Origin: a virus
Taxonomy: Duplodnaviria > Caudoviricetes
Reading direction: 5' to 3' (one strand)
Length of the DNA: 64,000 nucleotides
Virus record (IMG/VR): IMGVR_UViG_3300038345_000094
Coordinates: 1 to 64,000 of that record
This document shows, piece by piece, positions 38,753 to 47,287 of this stretch. The notes below the pieces were generated by a model. It saw only the letters and a program-made list of their open reading frames with translations, did no database searches and was not told the origin of the DNA. Both the position numbers and the translations under genes were made by a program. How positions within the stretch are numbered: the first letter of the stretch is position 1; every line of letters begins with the position of its first letter.

Positions 38753-39376
38753 ATGAATTTATTCCTCAAAGATCTCAATGTTCGTGATTTTTTGAGAAAC
38801 TATAGGTGTGTTATCCTCTGTCCGGGTGATAGAGCTTATTACACTTATAGCAATCCGCTCACGATGCTCATTGAAGAACCGGAGAGACACAGTGTGCCAA
38901 GCTATCGTATTGGCGATTCGCTTCGTTTCTTGACTGAGAATCACCTCCCGGAGTATCTTCACGACTTCTATCCGACCATCGACATAGACTTCGACAATCC
39001 TCGTCCGCGTATGACGCTGTCGCATAACTATCAGAATGCGCAGTTCTTCATGCCGGGAGATAAACTCGAGTCTTACATCATCGACATGGATAGCGCCGTA
39101 AAGGTGGTGGAGGAATTCAAGTGGAAAGTTCCTCACACATTCACGAAACTCAGCAAGGAGACCGTTTCTCGTTTCTTGAAGACGCTGGACGAAAAAGAAG
39201 GTTTCGACCTTTCGAAAATCGTCTTGGCGCCTATAAAGTATACGCTCGTCAATCCGGGTGCTGGTTGGAACGAGAGGCTTGTTCCTAAAAAATACATCGT
39301 CTTCGACAATAAGTTGAATCCTATCTACGTGAATGCGTTACTTGAGGTTCTCGACAAGATTATCGTAGACGATTAG
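38753..39376 (+). CDS. Hypothetical protein
   Basis: 207-aa ORF. Confidence 0.6.
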   Translation: MNLFLKDLNVRDFLRNYRCVILCPGDRAYYTYSNPLTMLIEEPERHSVPSYRIGDSLRFLTENHLPEYLHDFYPTIDIDFDNPRPRMTLSHNYQNAQFFMPGDKLESYIIDMDSAVKVVEEFKWKVPHTFTKLSKETVSRFLKTLDEKEGFDLSKIVLAPIKYTLVNPGAGWNERLVPKKYIVFDNKLNPIYVNALLEVLDKIIVDD

Positions 39377-39484
39377 CTCTAAGAGTGAAGCTTGATACCG
39401 GCTTGCTGTCAATAACTGGGCCCGTAGGGAATATGTGAGACAGTATAAAGTAGAGATAAAACCGCTCGAAGCCACTCTTTTCTT

Positions 39485-39569
39485 GCCTTGGTGATGAAAT
39501 GGTAGACATAGTGGACTTAAAATCCACTGGCCAGAAACGGCCGTGCGGGTTCGATTCCCGCCCGAGGTA
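39485..39569 (+). tRNA. trnL: tRNA-Leu (TAA)
   Basis: GTGGA-CTTAAAA-TCCAC; long variable arm; GTTCGA. Confidence 0.92.
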
Positions 39570-39599
39570 CAAAGTTCAACTTATTAACACAAAGAAGAG

Positions 39600-39806
39600 A
39601 TGAAATTCATTGCAGCCTTAGTAGTGCTTCTTTTGTTGGCTTTTGCAGCACTATTCTTCGCGTCTCTCTATGTCGTGCTTGCTCCTACTCCTCGGCATAA
39701 GCACAAAGAAATCAAGACGCCAGTGAAAAAGCCTGAAGTAGAACCGCTCGGCGAGTCGAAAGACATCAACGGCATTGAAGTCCAACAGGGAATACTTATG
39801 TCATGA
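39600..39806 (+). CDS. Small membrane protein
   Basis: Long hydrophobic N-terminus. Confidence 0.55.
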   Translation: MKFIAALVVLLLLAFAALFFASLYVVLAPTPRHKHKEIKTPVKKPEVEPLGESKDINGIEVQQGILMS

Positions 39807-40299
39807 TTCATTTCACTGCCTACTGGGGTTACATTGAAGAAATTCGTGTCAGCCCCGAAAATGCACTCAAGATGGCAAGAATGTCATACCACAACGGTGT
39901 GTTGTCCTTGCCAGACTACTTGAAGATTCGCAGTAAACTCGAACAAAAAATCGGAAAGAAATGAGCAGAGTGGTAACTAACAAATTACTCCGCGCGATTG
40001 ACCTCTGGATCGACAGGATTAAGTCAAGACGAGAATTAAGGAAGGCTTTGAAAGCCTCATACTCTCAGTGTGAATATGCTGAAGAGCCAGATCCTGTGAT
40101 TGACGATATCGATTATGTCCGGAGAAGCTAAGAAAAAGGAAAGTCTCATCATCATTCATCTCGACAGGGAGGTAGACGATCAGTTACTTGAAGCGATGAC
40201 GCAATCTGTTATTGCATTCATGAACAGACGTTGGCCCATCGAAGCGAATTGGCAATTACCGTCTTAATTAATGTCTAGCAATCTTAAAATCAGGAGGTT

Positions 40300-40530
40300 A
40301 TGACAGAAAAGAAATTCCAGAAAATAAACGCTGCGCATAGTGAAATTCGATATTGGAGAGATGTCCTTCGAAACTTAAAGGACATTCCAACAACGGACTT
40401 TCACATTCGCGCTTCTACTGTTGGTAGTGGCTGTGATCACTCAGTTTCGTTTATCATAAAGGGAGATGAACTAATCGACCTGATTACCAAGAAACTGCAG
40501 ACAGCGATAGACGAATTCGAACGGCTTTAA
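40300..40530 (+). CDS. Hypothetical protein
   Basis: 76-aa ORF. Confidence 0.5.
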   Translation: MTEKKFQKINAAHSEIRYWRDVLRNLKDIPTTDFHIRASTVGSGCDHSVSFIIKGDELIDLITKKLQTAIDEFERL

Positions 40531-40538
40531 AGCTGAAT

Positions 40539-40612
40539 AGGGAGTTAGCTCAGCCGGTTAGAGCAGTACCCTTATAAGGTAAAGGTCCTGGGTTCAAGCC
40601 CCAGACTCCCTA
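40539..40612 (+). tRNA. trnI: tRNA-Ile (TAT)
   Basis: TACC-CTTATAA-GGTA anticodon arm; A73. Confidence 0.88.
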
Positions 40613-40642
40613 CCGATTGTTAAACTTCTAATTGACCAGTAT

Positions 40643-41542
40643 ATGACACGAGAAGAAGCAATAGAAATTGTGAAAACGCAATATTCTCACGATAGTGTTA
40701 TGAAAACAGCTCTCGGGATGCTGATTCCTGAACTCTGTGAGAGCAGCGATGAGATAATTCGGTCTGCTATGATAAAAGGATTCAATTTTCTAATGGTGAA
40801 ACGCGAAATTAATACATTTGCCGGGACACCAATTAGAAATATTCTTGCCTACCTTGAAAAGCAAGAAAATGCCTTTGAGAACGGTCGTCAGTTTGGAATT
40901 ATGCAAGAACAGGCAAGACAAGAACTTGAATGGCCAGATGAAAAGCAGAAAGAGCAAAAGCCTGAAATCAAATATGTTTATCCAAAATTTAGAAAAGGAG
41001 ATGTTATCGAACCAATTACACCAAATGGTCATTTTACACCAGTGCGGGTTGTAGATATATGGAATAACAGCTATTCTTGTAGGTCTGATGATGGTAATGC
41101 GTATCTGAGTCTTCCTATAAAGCATGAAGACGAATATAGACTTGTAAAGCAGAAGCCCACAGAGAAGCAAGATTACTCTAGACTGAATGACCTTGAACGG
41201 GCAATCCATCGTGGATTCCTTGCTGCTGGGATTGAAAATGTTTCTGTCACTATTATCAAAGAAACCGCACAGGATTGTCTTGCACAGATGAAGTCAGCAG
41301 AGTGGAGCGAGGAGGATAAAAAATTTCTTCAAGTTGCTATTTCTTGCACTTATGACCGAGGTTATTTGTCGGTTTCTAATTGGCTCAAATCCCTCCGTCC
41401 TTCTTGGAAACCCAGCGAGGAGCAGATGAATTGTTTATGTGCCGCAGTTGATGCGGCAATAAGAAAACACAACGAATCGATAAGTGGATATGAGCCCGCA
41501 AGAGTTCTAAAATCACTCTACGAACAACTCAAGAAACTTTGA
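40643..41542 (+). CDS. Modular Bacteroidota-phage hypothetical protein
   Basis: AYLEKQ, EQKP, WSEEDK, WLKSLRP.WKPSEEQM modules. Confidence 0.65.
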   Translation: MTREEAIEIVKTQYSHDSVMKTALGMLIPELCESSDEIIRSAMIKGFNFLMVKREINTFAGTPIRNILAYLEKQENAFENGRQFGIMQEQARQELEWPDEKQKEQKPEIKYVYPKFRKGDVIEPITPNGHFTPVRVVDIWNNSYSCRSDDGNAYLSLPIKHEDEYRLVKQKPTEKQDYSRLNDLERAIHRGFLAAGIENVSVTIIKETAQDCLAQMKSAEWSEEDKKFLQVAISCTYDRGYLSVSNWLKSLRPSWKPSEEQMNCLCAAVDAAIRKHNESISGYEPARVLKSLYEQLKKL

Positions 41543-41543
41543 C

Positions 41544-41777
41544 ATGGAAGCACCTGATAAAATATATCTTGAGAAAAGTCTTTCTTTTCCAGACAAATTT
41601 CACCGCCATTGGTATAAAGAAGACATAGTTGGAAATGGCATTGAATATATTCGCAAAGACAAACTAATTGAGTGGACGGAAAGAGAGTTAGAGAAACGTA
41701 AAAATACAGGAGATGATTACTTCTATCCTGCAATCGTTGTCCTTGAAGATTTGATTGATAAACTTAACGAGCTATAA
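41544..41777 (+). CDS. Hypothetical protein
   Basis: APDKIYL...IEYIRKD motif. Confidence 0.55.
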   Translation: MEAPDKIYLEKSLSFPDKFHRHWYKEDIVGNGIEYIRKDKLIEWTERELEKRKNTGDDYFYPAIVVLEDLIDKLNEL

Positions 41778-41781
41778 CACA

Positions 41782-41955
41782 ATGAGCGTATTAATTAATG
41801 CTAATCGTCTTATCTCGAAGCTCGAAACCCTCCACGACGAGTACGAGAAAAAAATCGACGAAACGGGATATCCCGGGTTCGAGTCTTCGATGGACCTGAT
41901 CGACAAAATAGAAGAGATGGTCCAAGAGATGAAGAACAAGGGACAGAAGAAATAA
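41782..41955 (+). CDS. Small hypothetical protein
   Basis: MSVLINANRLISKLE... Confidence 0.45.
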   Translation: MSVLINANRLISKLETLHDEYEKKIDETGYPGFESSMDLIDKIEEMVQEMKNKGQKK

Positions 41956-42134
41956 TATTCGCGCGGTTTTTGGGGGTAGTGCCGCGCATATACCGAAAAA
42001 AGGGTTGCAGTAGGTCGCCATCATGTGAACCCTTGATCCCTAAAGTTAAAAGCCGCGGGCGGTCAAATGCAGAAGGCTACTGCGGGAGACAGACCATTGG
42101 GTAATTCCATAGGAGCGCACTAATGATGGCTTTT

Positions 42135-42208
42135 GGTCCTGTAGCTGAGTTGGTAAAGCACCGCCCTTTTAAGGCGCGTGATCGTCAGTTCGAGCCTGAC
42201 CGGGACCA
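42135..42208 (+). tRNA. trnK: tRNA-Lys (TTT)
   Basis: CGCC-CTTTTAA-GGCG; C27:C43 mismatch. Confidence 0.88.
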
Positions 42209-42229
42209 CACAGAAAAAGAGATTTGAAG

Positions 42230-42586
42230 ATGGAAGAACAAGTCAATCATCCTCGTCACTACAACAATTACTCCGTAGAAGTGATAGAGATGTTCAGGAG
42301 AATCTACGGAGATAGGAAGACCGCTGACTGGTGTGAGATGACAGCTTTAAAGTATCGCATGAGAATGGGTACGAAGAAAGATAATCCCACACAGCAGGAT
42401 CTTGATAAAGAGCAGTGGTATCTCGCAAAAGCAAAAGAATTGCGGGAGAGCGACGATCTTTCAGTTCGAATCGAATTACTTCTTGAACGGATCAAAGAGA
42501 ATCAGGATGAAATACGAGAGCTTAGAAGGCAGATAACTGATCTTCGAATAAGAAGTAAAAATATGACTACAATAGATATTGGGTGA
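42230..42586 (+). CDS. DUF3310 (SaV-like) protein
   Basis: VNHPRHYN...ALKYRMRMG.K...QDLDK..WYL. Confidence 0.75.
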   Translation: MEEQVNHPRHYNNYSVEVIEMFRRIYGDRKTADWCEMTALKYRMRMGTKKDNPTQQDLDKEQWYLAKAKELRESDDLSVRIELLLERIKENQDEIRELRRQITDLRIRSKNMTTIDIG

Positions 42587-42666
42587 GTTGGCCGAGCGGT
42601 CGATGGCAATTGCCTTGAAAGCAATCGTACTGTAAGGTACCGGGAGTTCGAATCTCTCACTCACCG
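42582..42666 (+). tRNA. trnS: tRNA-Ser (TGA)
   Basis: ATTGC-CTTGAAA-GCAAT; long variable arm. Confidence 0.92.
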
Positions 42667-42672
42667 CAAAAT

Positions 42673-42767
42673 GGTTAAGCGACGCGAAGGGATGCACGGC
42701 GAGAGCTCCTACGGAGTACGGACACCCGAGAAATGTGTCTTTTCGGGTTCGAATCCCGACTTAACCA
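42673..42767 (+). ncRNA. Aberrant tRNA-like RNA
   Basis: Perfect acceptor stem GGTTAAG/CTTAACC-A and T-arm TCGGG-TTCGAAT-CCCGA, but no canonical D or anticodon arm. Confidence 0.7.
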
Positions 42768-42854
42768 CATATGCAGGCGATAACGAACGTAGAAAACAAC
42801 CATTTTCTCATAATATAGGACATTTCAAAGGCACAAAATATCGCTTGCATACTT

Positions 42855-42927
42855 GGGGGATTAGCTCAGCTGGTAGAGCATAACATTTGCAATGTTAGGG
42901 TCAGGAGTTCGAATCTCCTATTCTCCA
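42855..42927 (+). tRNA. trnA: tRNA-Ala (TGC)
   Basis: G3:U70; TAACA-TTTGCAA-TGTTA. Confidence 0.92.
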
Positions 42928-42934
42928 CAAATTC

Positions 42935-43007
42935 GGGAATATAGCTCAATCGGTAGAGCAATTGGCTGTTAACCAATAGGTTGTAGGATCGTGCCCTACT
43001 ATTCCCG
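42935..43007 (+). tRNA. trnN: tRNA-Asn (GTT)
   Basis: ATTGG-CTGTTAA-CCAAT; atypical T-loop ATCGTGC. Confidence 0.85.
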
Positions 43008-43029
43008 CAAAACTAAAAACAAAAGCCAT

Positions 43030-43203
43030 ATGAAAAGAAGAGATTTTCTTTCTTGTGAAGGTACGAACTGTCCTCTCAAGAATACCTGCCACAAGTATCA
43101 CAACTGGATGAACGATGACGATTCTGTACTAACGGAGATAGCACCAGCGTATGTCGATAACCAGTGCGTGAATTACAATCAGATTGATTACTGCGGTAAT
43201 TAG
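43030..43203 (+). CDS. Small Cys-rich protein
   Basis: C.G..CPLK..C...Y...C. Confidence 0.55.
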   Translation: MKRRDFLSCEGTNCPLKNTCHKYHNWMNDDDSVLTEIAPAYVDNQCVNYNQIDYCGN

Positions 43204-43317
43204 AAATATAAACCATGCCGGTGTGGTTTTCACTGTCCATATCCTGAGTCGTTTTGGTGTTAGTAGGTTGTTTAACATATTCGTTCATCGGCCGCAGCTG
43301 TGCGTTAAACAGCATTT

Positions 43318-43393
43318 GCCACTTTAGCTCAGCTGGTAGAGCGTGTGATTTGTAATCTCAAGGTCGTCGGTTCGATCCCGGCAAGTGGCTCCA
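43318..43393 (+). tRNA. trnT: tRNA-Thr (TGT)
   Basis: Loop TTTGTAA; encoded CCA. Confidence 0.9.
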
Positions 43394-43548
43394 GCGTTAA
43401 CTCTGTACGCAAAGAAACAGAGATGCTCTTTCACATTTATGGGGGTCACATTGATTGTTTAACCCTGCCAGTGAAAACACTGGTGCCGTTTGATATGAGA
43501 TGCTTGCATTCCGGAGACCCCCTTTACTCGACAATCATTTTTCTGCTT

Positions 43549-44307
43549 ATGAAGAAAATAGTATTATTTCTCTCCGCGCTAGCACTGCTGGCATGTGCAA
43601 GGACTCCTCTGACACAAGAGGTGACCTTCAAGCCCACTCTCGTAGAGACGGGTAGTATGACAAGAGCGACTAACCATAGCGAGATACTAGATCTCATTGA
43701 GTCGACATACACTCCATTCGCAGTTGATCTTTACACGAACGAAGAAGCGAACCAATTCATCAAGATGGAGTTCGGGAGGACTTATACAGTTCCTATCGGC
43801 ACATTCAAGGTGACTGGTTACAATTCGATTACGCAAACAGGATCGACATCTGGAAAATACACGATTGGTAAATCTCCGAGTTTCTATACGCAATCATATG
43901 TGACTATCGAATACGGAACTCAAGAGTATGCCATCCCGATTGAAGTTCGTTCTGCTGCCATCGTTATCGATCTCTCGGAAGTATATCAAGTCGCTGTGAA
44001 AGGAAAGTCTGGTTCGTATATTACATTCCAGAACTCAGATTTTGTCTATTCCGACCACTATGGAGTATTCTTTATCAACGGATACTTTAGCGGAGCTGAT
44101 CGAGTCGAGATTATGGTAATGCCAAAAACTGGCGCTAACAAGGAGACCGAATTTATTCTTTGTGCCGACTCTGTGAATACTGGCGGTAGTACTTATGCTC
44201 AACTGGAAATGGGAAAGTATTATGTATTACATCCCAATCCTATTACTGAGCTCAGCGGAGTTTCGTTTTCTATGGATATTCCCAATTGGGAGTGCGGACT
44301 TGACTAA
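43549..44307 (+). CDS. Lipoprotein
   Basis: MKKIVLFLSALALLAC lipobox; beta-rich body. Confidence 0.7.
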   Translation: MKKIVLFLSALALLACARTPLTQEVTFKPTLVETGSMTRATNHSEILDLIESTYTPFAVDLYTNEEANQFIKMEFGRTYTVPIGTFKVTGYNSITQTGSTSGKYTIGKSPSFYTQSYVTIEYGTQEYAIPIEVRSAAIVIDLSEVYQVAVKGKSGSYITFQNSDFVYSDHYGVFFINGYFSGADRVEIMVMPKTGANKETEFILCADSVNTGGSTYAQLEMGKYYVLHPNPITELSGVSFSMDIPNWECGLD

Positions 44308-44310
44308 GAT

Positions 44311-44511
44311 ATGGACGAGAAACGGCTCAAGGAAATAACTAGACGTTATAACGCCGAAAGACATAACTTCAGCTTCCCTACGGTTTCTGCTTCCGAGCAG
44401 GGAGTAAAATCTATCATCGAGATGGATAAGAAAATGGAAGAACTGTCTGATGACAAGCTGATCTTCAAGATTGCTGTTGTCGTTAACGATCTCGCATTCG
44501 GCTGGAATTAA
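44311..44511 (+). CDS. Hypothetical protein
   Basis: 66-aa ORF. Confidence 0.45.
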   Translation: MDEKRLKEITRRYNAERHNFSFPTVSASEQGVKSIIEMDKKMEELSDDKLIFKIAVVVNDLAFGWN

Positions 44512-44530
44512 CGCGCAAATTGGCTGTACT

Positions 44531-44683
44531 ATGGCAAAGATGTCAAAAGAAAACGCACTTTGGATACTCGTTCAGATGAGTAGATCTTCATTCTATGGAC
44601 CAAATGTAATCGAAGCATTGCGTATGGGCATCGATGCTCTCCGTAAAGCCAACGATTACGAAAAAGGGAACAAGCCTCAATAG
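44531..44683 (+). CDS. Small hypothetical protein
   Basis: MAKMSKENALWIL...EALRMGIDAL. Confidence 0.45.
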   Translation: MAKMSKENALWILVQMSRSSFYGPNVIEALRMGIDALRKANDYEKGNKPQ

Positions 44684-44694
44684 ACAAGCGGTCA

Positions 44695-44767
<73 letters not shown>

Positions 44768-44814
44768 CAAAGCATTTAACTTTCATTCTTGACTTTCTTG
44801 TTTAGTTGGTTTCG

Positions 44815-44855
44815 GCCACTCTTTCGCAGTGATGCAAGAGAGTGGCTTCTTTTTT
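44815..44855 (+). terminator. Rho-independent terminator
   Basis: GCCACTCT...AGAGTGGC plus T-run. Confidence 0.7.
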
Positions 44856-45073
44856 AAGACAATGTTACGAGCGAGTAATCGCTCATTGAGATATTCCGGG
44901 GTGTTGCTGACACACAGGTCATCGACTTATCTCTCAGCGCATAGCATCAACGGATATAGTGTGAGACGCTGTAGGGCTCGCACAAGAACAGTGCAACTCT
45001 CGAAGCATTTATGGATGATGCTTGCAGTGAATGAAGCCCGGTACTTCACGAAGCGCTGTTTACACTGCAAAAT

Positions 45074-45144
45074 TGAAGCATGGTGTAATGGCAGCACTAG
45101 GGATTTTGGTTCCCTCAGTCCAGGTTCGAATCCTGGTGTTTCAA
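45074..45144 (+). tRNA. trnQ: tRNA-Gln (TTG)
   Basis: AGGGA-TTTTGGT-TCCCT; U1:A72. Confidence 0.9.
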
Positions 45145-45169
45145 CAAACAACTCCAAACTAGTTTTCAT

Positions 45170-45457
45170 ATGAAAAAATGGTCTGAACAGGAGATTGCAG
45201 CCTTGAGCAACTCCGTAGCCACTCATGGCTATTCCAAAGGTATCAGGGCATTCATCAACAGCGCAGAGAATGGTTGCGGCCGCACTTTCTCGGCGTGTGA
45301 GTACATGCTTTACAAACAGGCTAAACAGCATCAGGTCGACGATGCTACAGTGCCTGTTGACGAGAAGCCTCAGATGCACAAGGTCGACGACGACACCAAA
45401 CATGAAATGTCGTGGATCAAAAGTTTAATCTATAGGCTTTTCGGTTGTAAGTCATGA
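45170..45457 (+). CDS. Hypothetical protein (SANT/Myb-like N-terminus)
   Basis: KKWSEQEIAAL...RTFSAC. Confidence 0.5.
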   Translation: MKKWSEQEIAALSNSVATHGYSKGIRAFINSAENGCGRTFSACEYMLYKQAKQHQVDDATVPVDEKPQMHKVDDDTKHEMSWIKSLIYRLFGCKS

Positions 45458-46704
45458 ACATCACAGTTGTATCTTCTGAGGGTTACGGTCGGTTATATAT
45501 CCATCAGACCCTCTTAGACTACATCAGTGGTAACACGCTTATAATCACGCGGAACAACGAAACTCAACAGTCTTGGCGATTGTCAATCGTGTCTGCAAAC
45601 AGCACACCAGACAACGTCCCAAAGAGAACACTTGATTCTATATTCCGAGAGTTCCATTTCTTGAATGGATACGGAATGAATCCTGACGCGTATGATATCT
45701 CCACTCGTTTCTATGACAACGTTATTCTTGACGATGTCTGGATGGTTTATCAATCGGCAGTTATATCGACTTGGATTTCAAGAGTGAAAACCACAAATCC
45801 AGCGATAAACTTCATTGGAATCAGCGAAACGATAGGAGAATCTTACAAAACAAGGATAGATCCAAGAATAACCGACATCGAATTAGTGTTTGCTTCAAGG
45901 TTAAAAGCTACCTTGGAAAGTAAGTTAGAGAATAAACCAATCAAGGCTCCGCAGCATGTTCTTCATATCATAAAGAATGACATGTTGCACGACAAGACGA
46001 TTCATTCGATTTCTTACTCTCCAAATGGAAAGCATTTTGCCTTGACTTCCTGCATCGATATCGGCATCTTTGCTGAAGACATATTTGAGTTTAAAGACAG
46101 GGAAATCTCAGCGTTCGCTCCTATTCCAAGGTGTATAGACGAGCTTTACAAGGCGATGAATCTATTATCTACGGCGATGACGTTCGACCCGTCTGCCGAC
46201 AAGGGGAAAGCAATGGGATTCCTATCTTCGCAGTTAAACAGCTTATTGTTCTCGCTTGACAGACAGAACTTGACTAACAGCAAGTTATTGGATGCCATGC
46301 AAGTATCAATGAGAGACCAGAAGAATATTATTTTCTGTGACATCAAACAAAGCGATTTTCTTAGACAGTACACTAACTGGTATCTGAAGAGAAGATTCGG
46401 AGACCAGACATTAGGATTCGCGATTGATAGTTTCCTTAAAAAGAAATACTCAACGCTGTGTATTGAAGATCGTTCGTATGAGCCAACAGTAGAGATTCTG
46501 AAGGACTGCGATAACGTCTTGCTATTCGGTTCCAACAAGTATGACAGGAGTCTGATTTTGGACATCCACGCAAAAGCAAAGGGTGATCTGAATATCATTA
46601 CTTTTGTCACGCCGAAAACCATTGATGAGTCTAATGTCCTCATGGCCGTTAAAGGCATTGAGGATAATTCTCTCACCATCTTAACGCATGATTTATCATC
46701 TTGA
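45454..46704 (+). CDS. Degenerate (probably inactive) SF2 helicase-like protein
   Basis: Motif positions kept but residues altered: EGYGR, VILDDVW, GISET, TPKTIDE. Confidence 0.5.
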   Translation: MNITVVSSEGYGRLYIHQTLLDYISGNTLIITRNNETQQSWRLSIVSANSTPDNVPKRTLDSIFREFHFLNGYGMNPDAYDISTRFYDNVILDDVWMVYQSAVISTWISRVKTTNPAINFIGISETIGESYKTRIDPRITDIELVFASRLKATLESKLENKPIKAPQHVLHIIKNDMLHDKTIHSISYSPNGKHFALTSCIDIGIFAEDIFEFKDREISAFAPIPRCIDELYKAMNLLSTAMTFDPSADKGKAMGFLSSQLNSLLFSLDRQNLTNSKLLDAMQVSMRDQKNIIFCDIKQSDFLRQYTNWYLKRRFGDQTLGFAIDSFLKKKYSTLCIEDRSYEPTVEILKDCDNVLLFGSNKYDRSLILDIHAKAKGDLNIITFVTPKTIDESNVLMAVKGIEDNSLTILTHDLSS

Positions 46705-47287
46705 TTCGCGGCAGCTTTCAAGAGATGGGCTCTTCCTTGAAGATGTCCTTGCAATGCTCTTGATTAAGCACTGTTCGAATCTAAATTTACTGTTTGAAAG
46801 GCTTCTTGAAAAAGGACTTATCGAGAAGAACGCGAATATGAACGGCTCGTACTATCTGCCTGAAGGTGTCCTTCACGAGTTAGAAGATGCCATTCAACGC
46901 TGTGCACCGACCTCCTCGCAAGATGAGGTTATAGAAACGCTGGCTCGTAAAATGATTGCGATGTTCCCTACCGGCTTGAAGCCGGGCACTAGGCAGTCAT
47001 GGCGCGGTAACATCAATGATATATCTCGCCGGTTGAGGAAATTCCAAGAGAGATATCCTCAATACCGGGTAGATAAAATCCTTGATGCAACCAAGCGATA
47101 TGTCGAGTCGTTTAACGGCCAGTACGACTATATGAGAATCCTGAAGTATTTTATCTGGAAGGATGAAACCAAGTATAACGACGAAGGACACGGTTATATC
47201 GATTCCTATTCGGACTTGGCTAATTTCATAGAGAATGAAGATGCAGGTAAGCCATCGGAAGGCACAGATTTCGCGACTCTTGTCTAA
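46688..47287 (+). CDS. Conserved replication-associated protein upstream of dnaB
   Basis: FP.G.K.GT..SWRGN...ATKRYV.SF...YMRILKYFIWK; synteny. Confidence 0.55.
   Translation: MIYHLDSRQLSRDGLFLEDVLAMLLIKHCSNLNLLFERLLEKGLIEKNANMNGSYYLPEGVLHELEDAIQRCAPTSSQDEVIETLARKMIAMFPTGLKPGTRQSWRGNINDISRRLRKFQERYPQYRVDKILDATKRYVESFNGQYDYMRILKYFIWKDETKYNDEGHGYIDSYSDLANFIENEDAGKPSEGTDFATLV

Noticed and set aside
42700-42720. Amber suppressor reading of the tRNA-like RNA (CTA in CTCCTACGGAG)
   Set aside because: The CTA lies in a stem/triloop, not in a 7-nt loop with U33.
43345-43548. N-terminal extension of the lipoprotein ORF given in the track
   Set aside because: It overlaps tRNA-Thr; the signal peptide begins at ATG 43549.
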